A stretch of 64,000 nucleotides of DNA, taken from Ignavibacteriales bacterium (GTDB lineage: Bacteria > Bacteroidota > Ignavibacteria > T3Sed10-11). The stretch covers positions 8,736 to 72,735 of the forward strand of contig PWXV01000324.1 in NCBI GenBank assembly GCA_003568415.1, read 5' to 3'. The translations under genes were made by a program, and so were the position numbers. Shown piece by piece: positions 39,077 to 49,168 of this stretch (positions are counted from its first letter, which is position 1; the number at the start of each line of letters is the position of its first letter). The notes under the pieces are model-generated. The model was not told the DNA's origin and ran no database searches. It saw only the letters and a program-made list of their open reading frames with translations.

Positions 39077-41557
39077 ATGGCGAAACGAGCGCAACGGTCC
39101 CGTCCTGCTAAAAAATCAAATCAAAAATCTCATCCGTTACGGTTACCACCCCATGAACTACGTTGGCGCTGGTCAGATAAGGATATTTCAGTTACCTCGA
39201 CTGACGATGCAAAATCTTCAACCGATATTATCGGACAGGAACGGGCACTGAAATCTCTTCGTATCGGTCTTGAAATGAAACATTTTGGCTATAATGTTTT
39301 TGTTACCGGATTAACCGGTACCGGCCGTACCACGACCATTAAACGTATGTTGAAAGAGTTTGAAAATAACAATCAGCATCTTGAAGATATCTGTTATGTG
39401 TATAACTTTCACGATGCCGACCGACCGCTGATGATTCGTTTGCCGGCAGGACAGGGGAAATCTTTTGAAAAGGATATGAACGACTTCGTAGCAGATTTAC
39501 AGAAGACGATCCCCACAGTTCTGGAAGGAAAACGGTTTCAGGAAAAACGGAAGGAGACAATCGAACACTTTCAAGGCCGCCAGAGAACAATTTTACGGGA
39601 CTTTGAGAAAAAAGTAAGAGACCGCGGATTTGAGATGATACAGGTTCAGGTGGGGGCTATGGTCAGACCCGAGATAGCACCGGTAATCGAAGAAAAACCC
39701 ATCGCAATGGATCAACTCGACGGACTTGTGAAGGAAGGGAAAATAAGTCAGGACGATCTTAAGAAATATCAGGAACAGTATTCTAATCTTGTTGCGCAGA
39801 TGGAAACTGTTTTCAGGGAAATGAAAAACATTGAACGGAAAGCCCGGGAAGCGCTCGATAAACTCGACGAGCAATTTATTCTGCCGATTGTAAAGGATGC
39901 CGTCTCCGAAATTGCCACAAAATATAAGAATGAAAAGATATCACGTTATCTCGATGATGTTTGTAAGAGTGTGATGGAAAATCTTGATCGTTTTCGGAAA
40001 GACGAACAACAATCACAACAGATGCCCTTCCAGATACAACAACAGGATGATACGTTTACTGAGTATAAAGTGAACGTGGTTGTCGATAACTCCGAACAGG
40101 AAAATATTCCTATGATCGTTGAAACAAATCCAAAATACCGGAGCCTGTTTGGAACGATCGATCGTTCGTTTGATCCACGAGGAATGTGGAAAACCGATTT
40201 CACTCAGATTAAGGCAGGTTCTTTGTTGAAGGCAAATGGGGGGTATCTCGTACTCAATGCTCTGGATACGCTGATCGAACCCGGTGTCTGGCAGGATTTG
40301 AAAAGAACTCTGCGTACGAATCTTGTCGACGTTCAGTCGTATGAACCGTGGTTCTTTACATCGAGCGGTTTAAAGCCCGAACCAATAGAAATTGATGTTA
40401 AAGTAATAATGATCGGCGATGCGTTTCTTTATCATTTATTGTATGATAGAGATGAGGATTTTAAAAAGATATTTAAAATACGTGCCGACTTCGATGTTGA
40501 AATGGAGCGGACTGAAGAACATATCGGTAATTACAGCGCTTTTATAAAAATGCTATGTGAAGATGAGAAAATTCTAAAATTCGAGCAGGATGCTATCGGT
40601 GAAGTGGTTGAATTCGGTGTCCGGACTGCCGGGCGCAAGAAAAAACTATCGACTCGTTTTAATGTTATAGCAGATATTATCCGTGAAGCGAATTACTGGG
40701 CAAAAAAAGAGAATGCTTCATCCGTTAACGGTACACACGTTGAGCGTGCAATTGAAGAGCGTATTGATCGGGTTCGTCTTGTTGAATCCAAGATTCAGGA
40801 ACTGATTGAAGAAGGCACGTTGATGATAGAAACCGATGGTGAAGTGATCGGTCAGGTTAACGGGCTTGCTGTATACGATCTCGGTGAACATGCGTTCGGT
40901 AAACCAACAAGAATAACGGCAAAAACTTCAATCGGAAAAGGTAATATTCTAAATATCGAACGTGAAGCGGATCTCAGCGGACGGGTCCACCGTAAAGGGG
41001 TTGCGATCCTAACCGGTTACCTCCACTGGATGTTCTCACAGGACAAACCGCTTGCCTTCAATGCCAGCATTTGTTTTGAGCAGTCATACTCCGGTGTAGA
41101 TGGCGACAGTGCATCATCAACTGAAATCTATGCTATCCTGTCGAGTCTTGCTGAACTCCCGATCAAACAAAATATTGCTGTAACGGGCTCGGTTAATCAA
41201 AAAGGTGAGATTCAACCGATTGGTGGTGTGAATATGAAAATTGAAGGATTTTTCGATGTTTGTAAAATGCGCGGTTTAACGGGCGATCAGGGAGTGATTA
41301 TCCCGCATCAGAATGTACAGAATCTTATGTTAAGAAAAGATGTGATCGAAGCGGTTGAGAAAAGGAAGTTTCACATCTTCGCCATCAAAACCGTCGAAGA
41401 AGGAATTGAACTACTCACCGGGGTAAAAGCCGGTAAACGTACGCGTACCGGAAAATTTGAGGCCAGAAGTATTTTCGGCCGTGTTGATCATAAGTTACAG
41501 GAATATGCAAAACGAGTACGTGGTGCGATGAGACGTGTTGACCGGGAGAGTAATTAA
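39077..41557 (+). CDS. LonC-type Lon-like protease (degenerate AAA domain, coiled coil, S16 protease domain)
   Basis: IIGQERA, GLTGTGRTT, ANGGYLVL, FEQSYSGVDGDSASS, TGSVNQ.G.IQPIGGVN.KIEGF. Confidence 0.88.
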   Translation: MAKRAQRSRPAKKSNQKSHPLRLPPHELRWRWSDKDISVTSTDDAKSSTDIIGQERALKSLRIGLEMKHFGYNVFVTGLTGTGRTTTIKRMLKEFENNNQHLEDICYVYNFHDADRPLMIRLPAGQGKSFEKDMNDFVADLQKTIPTVLEGKRFQEKRKETIEHFQGRQRTILRDFEKKVRDRGFEMIQVQVGAMVRPEIAPVIEEKPIAMDQLDGLVKEGKISQDDLKKYQEQYSNLVAQMETVFREMKNIERKAREALDKLDEQFILPIVKDAVSEIATKYKNEKISRYLDDVCKSVMENLDRFRKDEQQSQQMPFQIQQQDDTFTEYKVNVVVDNSEQENIPMIVETNPKYRSLFGTIDRSFDPRGMWKTDFTQIKAGSLLKANGGYLVLNALDTLIEPGVWQDLKRTLRTNLVDVQSYEPWFFTSSGLKPEPIEIDVKVIMIGDAFLYHLLYDRDEDFKKIFKIRADFDVEMERTEEHIGNYSAFIKMLCEDEKILKFEQDAIGEVVEFGVRTAGRKKKLSTRFNVIADIIREANYWAKKENASSVNGTHVERAIEERIDRVRLVESKIQELIEEGTLMIETDGEVIGQVNGLAVYDLGEHAFGKPTRITAKTSIGKGNILNIEREADLSGRVHRKGVAILTGYLHWMFSQDKPLAFNASICFEQSYSGVDGDSASSTEIYAILSSLAELPIKQNIAVTGSVNQKGEIQPIGGVNMKIEGFFDVCKMRGLTGDQGVIIPHQNVQNLMLRKDVIEAVEKRKFHIFAIKTVEEGIELLTGVKAGKRTRTGKFEARSIFGRVDHKLQEYAKRVRGAMRRVDRESN

Positions 41558-41577
41558 TTTGTATTGAGAAAATGACA

Positions 41578-43239
41578 CTACATCGGTTCTGCACCTAATT
41601 CCCGCCGCATTGTCTCAATAACGGGATGCTCTTTATTTTTTTCACCGTTTGTACTTTTGTTATCCCGTCTTATCTTATCTTTCTCTATCTGGAATGAGGT
41701 CGGTATCCCGAAAACCCGCTCGGATATTTTACTTAAATAATCCTTATTTCGCCGGAGTGTGTTGAGTTGAAAATCATTTTCGCAGGATAGTTGTAAACAT
41801 CCGTTATCTACATCGACAAGTGCCGATTGGCTGAGAATAGAACCCAGGTTAATTCGGGATGTCTTAACAGCAGTAACGAATTCATTCCAGCGCGCAAATG
41901 CCTCCTCAGCGGATATTGATTTAGGTGTGTCAGATGGTTGCACAGGTTTCTGGGGAGGCTGTTCCCGAACTACGTTCGTAACGGGTGAGGGAGGCGATTG
42001 TTTGCTAACCGGCGATGTATTTGTCGTACCATTAGTGGTAGTGGTTTGCCAGCCTGCATGAGCACTTCCCCGAATTGGGATGCCGCCATCATCAGTCACG
42101 TTGTTTTTTTTTAATTCATCCAGACGGTTAATCAACGTTTGCATATCCGCGGTTTTTTCCATTTTAATCAATTCGATAATACCGCTTTCCAGCCGGATTC
42201 GCGGCTGTGAACTATACCGAAGATCCTTGTGCAATTCGATAATTGCCCGGAGATACCGTATGAGATCGACATCGTTGAAGTGCCTGGCTTCTTCCTGATA
42301 CCGTTTACGGTATTCGGCAGATGTTTCTATCAAATCTGATGAATTTGTTGTAGTAATGGTGAGCAGATTCCGGACATGTTCTGCAAGACCGGCCAGGAAT
42401 TCACGCATATCGTATCCATTATCCACAATACGGGCGATAAGCTGGAGCCCGCGTTTTGTATCACGGTTACGGAGTATATCGGTTACATCGAAATACAGAT
42501 CCTGATCAACTATATTCAGCGTTTCAAGTACCAGCGCTGCAGTAACATTGGTGCCTGAAAATGCGACAACCTGATCGAAGATGCTTTGTGCATCCCGCAT
42601 AGATCCGTCGCCCTTCTTTGCAATGTATAGCAACGCATCGTCTTCGATGGTAATGTTTTCTTCTTTCGCAATTAACCGAAGACGCTCTATAATATCATTA
42701 ATTGCGATGCGCCTGAAATCGAATCGTTGACAGCGTGAAAGGATTGTGGGTGGTACTTTGTGTACTTCGGTTGTCGCAAAAACAAACAGAACATGTGACG
42801 GCGGTTCCTCGAGAGTTTTTAAAAGTGCATTGAATGCCTCTTTGGTAAGCATATGCACTTCGTCGATGATGTACACTTTATATTTTGATTTTGCCGGTGC
42901 ATAGCGTACCGCTTCACGCAGATTTCGTATTTCCTCAACGCCGCGGTTTGAAGCACCGTCTATCTCAAAGACATCGACATTCCTTCCGCTGCTGATTTCC
43001 TGGCACGATTCGCATTCGTTGCATGGAGTACCATCCACCGGTTTGGCACAATTTAATACGCGGGCGAGTATCCGGGCAACGGTAGTCTTACCGACACCGC
43101 GCGGGCCGCTGAAGATGTAGGCATGGCCGAGCCGGTTCTGCTGGATGGCATTCTTTAATGTTAAACTAACATGTTGTTGTCCGACAACGTCTTCGAATGT
43201 TGTCGGCCGCCATTTTCGAGCTGTTACGATGTAGGTCAT
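41578..43239 (-). CDS. dnaX: DNA polymerase III subunits gamma/tau
   Basis: ARKWRP..F.DVVGQ, GPRGVGKTT, PCNECESC, DEVHML, SRCQ. Confidence 0.97.
   Translation of the reverse strand: MTYIVTARKWRPTTFEDVVGQQHVSLTLKNAIQQNRLGHAYIFSGPRGVGKTTVARILARVLNCAKPVDGTPCNECESCQEISSGRNVDVFEIDGASNRGVEEIRNLREAVRYAPAKSKYKVYIIDEVHMLTKEAFNALLKTLEEPPSHVLFVFATTEVHKVPPTILSRCQRFDFRRIAINDIIERLRLIAKEENITIEDDALLYIAKKGDGSMRDAQSIFDQVVAFSGTNVTAALVLETLNIVDQDLYFDVTDILRNRDTKRGLQLIARIVDNGYDMREFLAGLAEHVRNLLTITTTNSSDLIETSAEYRKRYQEEARHFNDVDLIRYLRAIIELHKDLRYSSQPRIRLESGIIELIKMEKTADMQTLINRLDELKKNNVTDDGGIPIRGSAHAGWQTTTTNGTTNTSPVSKQSPPSPVTNVVREQPPQKPVQPSDTPKSISAEEAFARWNEFVTAVKTSRINLGSILSQSALVDVDNGCLQLSCENDFQLNTLRRNKDYLSKISERVFGIPTSFQIEKDKIRRDNKSTNGEKNKEHPVIETMRRELGAEPM
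42104..42112 (-). other. A9 run in dnaX, candidate slippage/frameshift site
   Basis: TTA AAA AAA AAC; TGA stops follow within a few codons in both shifted frames (42096-42098 and 42092-42094). Confidence 0.65.
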
Positions 43240-43266
43240 AGATAAAGATTTACTGAGTATTCAATG

Positions 43267-44175
43267 TTACCGTGTCACGAGTATCGGGCAAGGTGCACTC
43301 TTGATCACCCTGTCGGTCGTGCTGCCGATGAGATAATCGGCGATTTCGTCGTGGCCGCGTGTTGACATTACAATGAGATCATGTTTTTGCGATTGTGCTT
43401 GTTTTACTATTTGTGTGTGAGAGCTGCCCTCGGTAATGCTTGTTGCAACTTCGATTCCCGAAAGATCGAATGATTGTAAGAAAGCTTCGAGCCGCGCCTG
43501 TATACGCGGCTTGATGTCGGGATCGAGCTGGAATATTGATTCTACCCCGGCGGCATAATATGCAGGATGAAACCGTACTTCAAGCGAATGCATCAGGTTA
43601 ATTTTCGCATTGTATTCCTTTGCCAGTACTACTGCGTACTCCATTGCCTGCCGTGAGCTTTCTGAAAAATCTGTCGGCACCAGTATATTGTTAAATAAAA
43701 GCTCTTGTAAATCCGCATGCTTCGGTTTTTTTGTCACAAGCACGGGACAAGACGCGGTTTGAATGACTTTTTCGGTAACGCTACCCAATAATACGTGTGC
43801 CACTCCTGACCGGCCATGCGTTGCCATCACAATCAGGTTAACGATATTATTCTTTGCATACCCGGTGATAACTTCGTGTGGTGAGATACCGCGTTCCATC
43901 ACTTTTTCAATTGAAAGCTTCTTCGATGTTTCGTTTGCGTTTTCGATGATCTCATCACAATAATTGTTGGCTGATTCCTCGATGCTTTCATACAAGTCAT
44001 CGGCCGATGAAAATGATTTTTGTGAACCGTACGGATCATATTCAAACATTGTAATTGCATGCAGTAATGTGATCTTCGATCCGAATTTACCGGCAATTTT
44101 ATATGCATAGGGGAGTGCTTCTCTGGATGTATCGGAGAAGTCTATCGGTACCAGTATATGATCGAGAGGTATCAT
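43267..44175 (-). CDS. Tandem universal stress protein
   Basis: Two USP domains (ILVP.DFS..S; LIVM.T.G...GS.T..VI..A.CP.LV); ATGA overlap with lon. Confidence 0.92.
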   Translation of the reverse strand: MIPLDHILVPIDFSDTSREALPYAYKIAGKFGSKITLLHAITMFEYDPYGSQKSFSSADDLYESIEESANNYCDEIIENANETSKKLSIEKVMERGISPHEVITGYAKNNIVNLIVMATHGRSGVAHVLLGSVTEKVIQTASCPVLVTKKPKHADLQELLFNNILVPTDFSESSRQAMEYAVVLAKEYNAKINLMHSLEVRFHPAYYAAGVESIFQLDPDIKPRIQARLEAFLQSFDLSGIEVATSITEGSSHTQIVKQAQSQKHDLIVMSTRGHDEIADYLIGSTTDRVIKSAPCPILVTR

Positions 44176-46601
44176 CGCTTCTTCTTTTTTGTTTTTGATG
44201 TATTTCGTTTTCTGGTCTTACCATTAGTAAACGTATGGTCGAGTGCCTCCAGTATAGTATTGACCGGAATAATTTGCAAGCCCGTTTTCACCCGTTCGGG
44301 TATTTCAACTAAATATTTTTCATTTTCTTTCGGAATAAGCACTTTTTTTATACGGTGACGTTTTGCAGCGAGAAGCTTTTCGGTTAAGCCGCCAACTGCA
44401 AGTACCTTGCCGCGTAATGTTATTTCGCCGGTCATCGCCACCTCGGGGTCGGTGCGGCGATTTGCAAGCGCTGAAATGACAGCCATTGTCATGGTTAGTC
44501 CAGCCGAGGGGCCGTCTTTCGGGATGGCACCCTCCGGGAGATGAATATGTATTTCTTTACCCTTGTAAAATTCAGGATGAATACCCAATGCTTCGGCATT
44601 TGACCGAATATAACTCAACGCTGCATGTGCCGATTCTTTCATCACATCGCCGAGTTTGCCGGTGAGATTTAAACGCTCTTTACCGTCCATAATAATTGCT
44701 TCGACATTCAACAGTTCGCCGCCTACACTTGTCCATGCAAGACCGGTCGCGATACCAATGCGGCGGGTTTCATCTTTTGGCCGTTGAACGTAGCGTGGCA
44801 CGCCGAGATACGCCTCAACTTTTTTAGGATCGATGGATATCCTGGTAATTTTCCGTCGACCGTTAGATTGTCGTTTTGTAACAATATCTTTTGCGCTCTT
44901 GCGTACTAAGGATGCAATTTCCCGTTCGAGATTACGAACACCGGCCTCTTTGGTATACTCTTCAATAACCTTGGAAATACTTTTATTATGTATTTTAATC
45001 TGCGATGTCTTCAGCCCGTGCATGCTAATTTGTTTGGGGATGATATGCCTTCGTGCAATTTCGATTTTTTCGTGAGCAAGATATCCCGGTAGATCGATGA
45101 TCTCCATTCTGTCCTGAAGCGGCAACGGTATCGCGTGCCGGTTGTTGGCAGTCGTTATGAAGAGTACATTTGATAGATCGTAATCCACCTCAATGTAATG
45201 ATCTGAAAACGTATGGTTCTGTTCGGGGTCAAGCACTTCGAGCAATGCCGATGCAGGATCACCATGAAAATCGAATGTGAGTTTATCAACTTCGTCCAGA
45301 AGCATAACGGGATTGATAACACCGGCCCGTTTCATCGACTGGATGATCTTACCTGGCATCGAGCCGATATATGTTCTGCGATGACCGCGAATCTCAGCTT
45401 CATCGCGTATACCGCCGAGCGAGAATCGGACAAATTTACGGTTCAGAGCGCGGGCGATTGAACGACCGAGCGATGTTTTGCCAACACCGGGTGGCCCAAC
45501 AAAACAAAGAATCTGTCCGCGAATCTGTTTGACAAGATTAAGAACTGCAATATGCTCAATGATACGGTCCTTCGGTTTATCAAGTCCGTAATGGTCTTCA
45601 TCGAGAATTTTTTTAACGTGTTCGATATCTAGGTGATCTTCGGTACGTTCTTTCCATGGTATCGAAACCATCCAATCCAGATAATTGCGGCTCACGGTAT
45701 ATTCGGGCGACATCGTCGGTATCTTCTTCAGTTTATTCAGTTCTTCCTCTGCCTTTGCACGTGCTTCTTCCGGAAGTCCTGCTGCTTCTATCTCTTCACG
45801 AAGTTTTGCCAGTTCGGGTGTTGCTTCGTCATCGCCCAGTTCATTCTGGAGAATTTTTATCTGTTCCTGTATAAAGTATTTTCGTTGTGATTTTTGAATG
45901 TTGTCATGAACCTTGGTATCGATTTCCTGTTCGAGTTTCAGAATATCGATCTCACCGCTGAGAATTCGTGAAAGTTCATAAAGTTGTTCCTGCAGTGAAG
46001 TTATTTTTAATAATCGCTGTTTAACTTCTACCGATTGTACTAAATTGGCTGCTATATAGTATAATTTTTGGACCGGATCTTTAATGTTCTCGTACACAAC
46101 CAGGACTTCGGATGGGATGTTCCGGCTTGATTTTACATAGTCGACAAACAGATTAGACAAATGACGCATATGTGCATCGAGTTCGGTCGTCTCTTTAAAA
46201 TCGGGCTGGATGATTTTTACTTCGGCTTCCATAAATTCTTCGTCCTGCCGAAGTTTTTTTGCGTGTGCCTGGATTGTTCCATCGACAAGGATCTTGATTA
46301 AACCATTCGGCAATTTAAGAATTTGTACAATGCGTGCAATGGTACCTTCGTGATATATGTCTTCAATGCCGGGTTCCTCGACGGTTGGATCCTTCTGCGA
46401 TGTGATAAAAATAAATTTTTCCTGCTCGAGGGCTTTGTATGCCGCTTTTAATGATGATTCACGTCCGACGAGCACGGGAAAAATCATATACGGAAATAAA
46501 ACAACATCCCTGAGCGGTAATACCGGTAAATCGGTCGGGATTGACTCGGGTGATTTTATAATATCTTCTTGTTCCTGCTCTTTGGTCAAATTAAAATTCA
46601 T
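44172..46601 (-). CDS. lon: ATP-dependent Lon protease (LonA)
   Basis: LPLRD.VLFP, GPPGVGKTS, RRTYIGSMPG, LLDEVDK, PKDGPSAG. Confidence 0.97.
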   Translation of the reverse strand: MNFNLTKEQEQEDIIKSPESIPTDLPVLPLRDVVLFPYMIFPVLVGRESSLKAAYKALEQEKFIFITSQKDPTVEEPGIEDIYHEGTIARIVQILKLPNGLIKILVDGTIQAHAKKLRQDEEFMEAEVKIIQPDFKETTELDAHMRHLSNLFVDYVKSSRNIPSEVLVVYENIKDPVQKLYYIAANLVQSVEVKQRLLKITSLQEQLYELSRILSGEIDILKLEQEIDTKVHDNIQKSQRKYFIQEQIKILQNELGDDEATPELAKLREEIEAAGLPEEARAKAEEELNKLKKIPTMSPEYTVSRNYLDWMVSIPWKERTEDHLDIEHVKKILDEDHYGLDKPKDRIIEHIAVLNLVKQIRGQILCFVGPPGVGKTSLGRSIARALNRKFVRFSLGGIRDEAEIRGHRRTYIGSMPGKIIQSMKRAGVINPVMLLDEVDKLTFDFHGDPASALLEVLDPEQNHTFSDHYIEVDYDLSNVLFITTANNRHAIPLPLQDRMEIIDLPGYLAHEKIEIARRHIIPKQISMHGLKTSQIKIHNKSISKVIEEYTKEAGVRNLEREIASLVRKSAKDIVTKRQSNGRRKITRISIDPKKVEAYLGVPRYVQRPKDETRRIGIATGLAWTSVGGELLNVEAIIMDGKERLNLTGKLGDVMKESAHAALSYIRSNAEALGIHPEFYKGKEIHIHLPEGAIPKDGPSAGLTMTMAVISALANRRTDPEVAMTGEITLRGKVLAVGGLTEKLLAAKRHRIKKVLIPKENEKYLVEIPERVKTGLQIIPVNTILEALDHTFTNGKTRKRNTSKTKKKKR

Positions 46602-46756
46602 ATACTTTCTGGAGAAAATGAGGAAAATTATCCGTAAATAGTAAATATACTAAGATTCGAATGGTATAGCAAATCAAATGTTTTTTTGTAATTTTACCTA
46701 AAATTTTTATTATATAACTTGTTTTTAAAAATTAATATTAAAATATTATGTAGTTT

Positions 46757-47452
46757 ATGCGCTATGCAATCATATCAGACATAAACGGTAATTTAGAGGC
46801 ACTGACAACCGCTCTCAATTATATCGAAGAACTCGAAATTGATCATATTGTCTGTCTTGGTGATATTGTCGGCTACGGTCCGAATCCCAATGAATGTGTG
46901 GATTTGGTAAGGACGAAATGCCTGTTTACGGTAAAAGGCAATCACGATGCCGCAGCAGTAGATCTCATGGAAACTATACATATGAATAAGTTAGCCCGGG
47001 AAGCAGCGATATGGACCCATGAACGTCTTACTCCGCAGGCAAAACAATATATATTGCAATTATCGCTTAAGGTAACTATTGAAAATGCTACATTGGTGCA
47101 TGCCTCACCTCACATCCCTGAAAACTGGGATTATATCTTCACCGGATTCGATGCAGAGCATGTGTTTTCTCACTTTGAAACGCCGTTTTGTTTTATAGGT
47201 CACTCACACCGGCCCGGTGAATTTACCAATAATTCGACCAAGTCTGCAAACAAGAAAAAACGTATCATTAATGTCGGCAGTATAGGTCAGCCGCGTGACA
47301 GAAATCCGAAACTTAGTTTCGGTATATACGATACCGAATCTCTCTCGTATGAGAACATTCGTTTATCGTATGATGTCGAAATAACTGCCAATAAAATACA
47401 TATGGCAGGATTACCAAACGAATTAGCTGAGAGATTATATTACGGATTATAA
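46757..47452 (+). CDS. Calcineurin-like metallophosphoesterase
   Basis: SDINGN (variant of DIHGN), LGDIVGYG, GNHD, VHASP, GHSH, NVGSIGQPRD. Confidence 0.88.
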   Translation: MRYAIISDINGNLEALTTALNYIEELEIDHIVCLGDIVGYGPNPNECVDLVRTKCLFTVKGNHDAAAVDLMETIHMNKLAREAAIWTHERLTPQAKQYILQLSLKVTIENATLVHASPHIPENWDYIFTGFDAEHVFSHFETPFCFIGHSHRPGEFTNNSTKSANKKKRIINVGSIGQPRDRNPKLSFGIYDTESLSYENIRLSYDVEITANKIHMAGLPNELAERLYYGL

Positions 47453-47456
47453 GCGA

Positions 47457-48521
47457 TCACTTTTTAAAATGCTCATATCCGCCTGAGAGGATATTTCTAA
47501 TTGTCCCGTCAGTTTGTTGTAATGATACCGTTTCTTTATCTTCGTTAATTTCACCGATAACGGTAACGCCGGGTATGGTGTCCGATATTTCCTGTTCATA
47601 TTCGGAGTCGATGGTAAATAGTAGCTCGAATTCTTCACCTCCGAAAAGAGCATAATCCAAAGCGTTTTCATTAAACTCTTCAGCGATACTTCCAACTAAC
47701 GGGTCCAATGGGATAGCGTTTTCATACAACAGTGCTCCGACCCCGCTCTGCTTACAAACATGCCGCACGTCCGATACTAATCCATCACTGATATCGATCA
47801 TCGCATGCACCCATTCCTTTTGTGATGTAATGGTGGAGATGTCGAAACGTGCCTTCGGTGCTAGATGTTTTGATACGGCAAAACTGTATTTCTGTAATTG
47901 CGATTGGAATCCTTCTGGTGCTTGTGTTTCGATGAATCGTTGTTTTTCCCGCAATAAGATTTTTAATCCTGCATGAGACAGACCGAGGTTACCGGTTACA
48001 CATATTTTATCACCCGGTTTCGCGCCATTGCGTCTTTTAATAAACTGTACAGGTGCTTCACCGGTAATTGTTGCCGAAAGAACAGTGTTTCCTAATGACG
48101 TACTTGTATCACCGCCGATGATGGCACATGTATATGTTTGTGCCGCCTGGAGAATACCATCATATAATTCATCGACCATTTCGACAGAAATTTTAGCGGG
48201 TAATGCAATCGATATTATCGCGTGGGTCGGCACTCCTCCCATCGCTGCAATGTCACTGAGGTTTACGACCATCAATTTCCATCCGAGATGTTTCATTGAG
48301 GTGTATGTGAGATCAAAGTGAACACCTTCAATGAGCAAGTCGGAAGCGGTGAGTTGCATCATACCGGTTGATGGTTCGGTTATGGATGCATCGTCATCAA
48401 TGCCGAGTATGATCTGTTTTGCAATTTTATCTGATAAACGTGCTTCGTTACATTTTTTTTTGATACGTTCGATGAGGCCGAACTCACCGATTTCTGCAAT
48501 AGGAGTATGCTTTTTTGTCAT
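47457..48521 (-). CDS. thiL: Thiamine-monophosphate kinase
   Basis: GEFGLI, GIDDDA, EGVHF, NLSDIAAMGG, GGDT, MIDISDGL, GGEEFELLFT; likely start 48521. Confidence 0.93.
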   Translation of the reverse strand: MTKKHTPIAEIGEFGLIERIKKKCNEARLSDKIAKQIILGIDDDASITEPSTGMMQLTASDLLIEGVHFDLTYTSMKHLGWKLMVVNLSDIAAMGGVPTHAIISIALPAKISVEMVDELYDGILQAAQTYTCAIIGGDTSTSLGNTVLSATITGEAPVQFIKRRNGAKPGDKICVTGNLGLSHAGLKILLREKQRFIETQAPEGFQSQLQKYSFAVSKHLAPKARFDISTITSQKEWVHAMIDISDGLVSDVRHVCKQSGVGALLYENAIPLDPLVGSIAEEFNENALDYALFGGEEFELLFTIDSEYEQEISDTIPGVTVIGEINEDKETVSLQQTDGTIRNILSGGYEHFKK

Positions 48522-48558
48522 GTAATTATCGAACTTATGGGAGGTTTGATGAAAGGAT

Positions 48559-48587
48559 ACAACCCGGTGACAGCGCGTCCGGGTTGT
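48559..48587 (-). terminator. Hairpin between the TlpA gene and thiL
   Basis: acaacccgg-11nt-ccgggttgt perfect 9-bp stem at the TlpA stop. Confidence 0.4.
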
Positions 48588-49156
48588 CATAAATACTTTT
48601 TAATTTTTTCCATAAATTGTTCTTTGGTACGTATGCCGACTATTGTTTCTTGAAGGTTTCCCTCTTTGTCTAGTATGAGAGTTGTCGGTATGGCACGAAT
48701 GTTGCCGAATTGTCGTGTCAGTCGTCCGTCATCGAGTATTGTTATATAATTAATATTTTCGTCTTCAATGAAGATATCGACTTTATTAATGTCGGATACA
48801 TCGTCGACCGAGATTCCGAGTACGGCAAATGTGTTATCATCTAACTCGTTATTGATCTCAATGAGATACGGGATCTCTCTCCGGCAAGGAACACACCAGG
48901 TTGCCCAAAAATTGATAAGAACAACTTTGTCGCGGTAATCGCTGAGTGAAGCAGTTTCACCGTCTGCATTTTTCCACGAAAAGTTGATATTTGTTTCACC
49001 CGATTCACCAACTTCTGTTACGACTGCAACATTTCCAAGCGGCTCGATCGAGTCATTGACGGCAGGAGCTTGTTGAGAGTAATAAAAAAATACTATTCCG
49101 AGTACAGCGATAGTTATACCGAGGCGCATAATTTTAGTTTTTGTAATCTTGTGCAT
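48587..49156 (-). CDS. TlpA/ResA-family thiol-disulfide reductase, membrane anchored
   Basis: N-terminal TM helix; INFWATWCVPCRRE.P; cis-Pro IPTT. Confidence 0.9.
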   Translation of the reverse strand: MHKITKTKIMRLGITIAVLGIVFFYYSQQAPAVNDSIEPLGNVAVVTEVGESGETNINFSWKNADGETASLSDYRDKVVLINFWATWCVPCRREIPYLIEINNELDDNTFAVLGISVDDVSDINKVDIFIEDENINYITILDDGRLTRQFGNIRAIPTTLILDKEGNLQETIVGIRTKEQFMEKIKKYL

Positions 49157-49168
49157 TGGATAAACTTT

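Noticed and set aside
48522-48590. TPP riboswitch or 23-aa N-terminal extension of thiL
   Set aside because: No CUGAGA core and too short; the extension overlaps a simple hairpin
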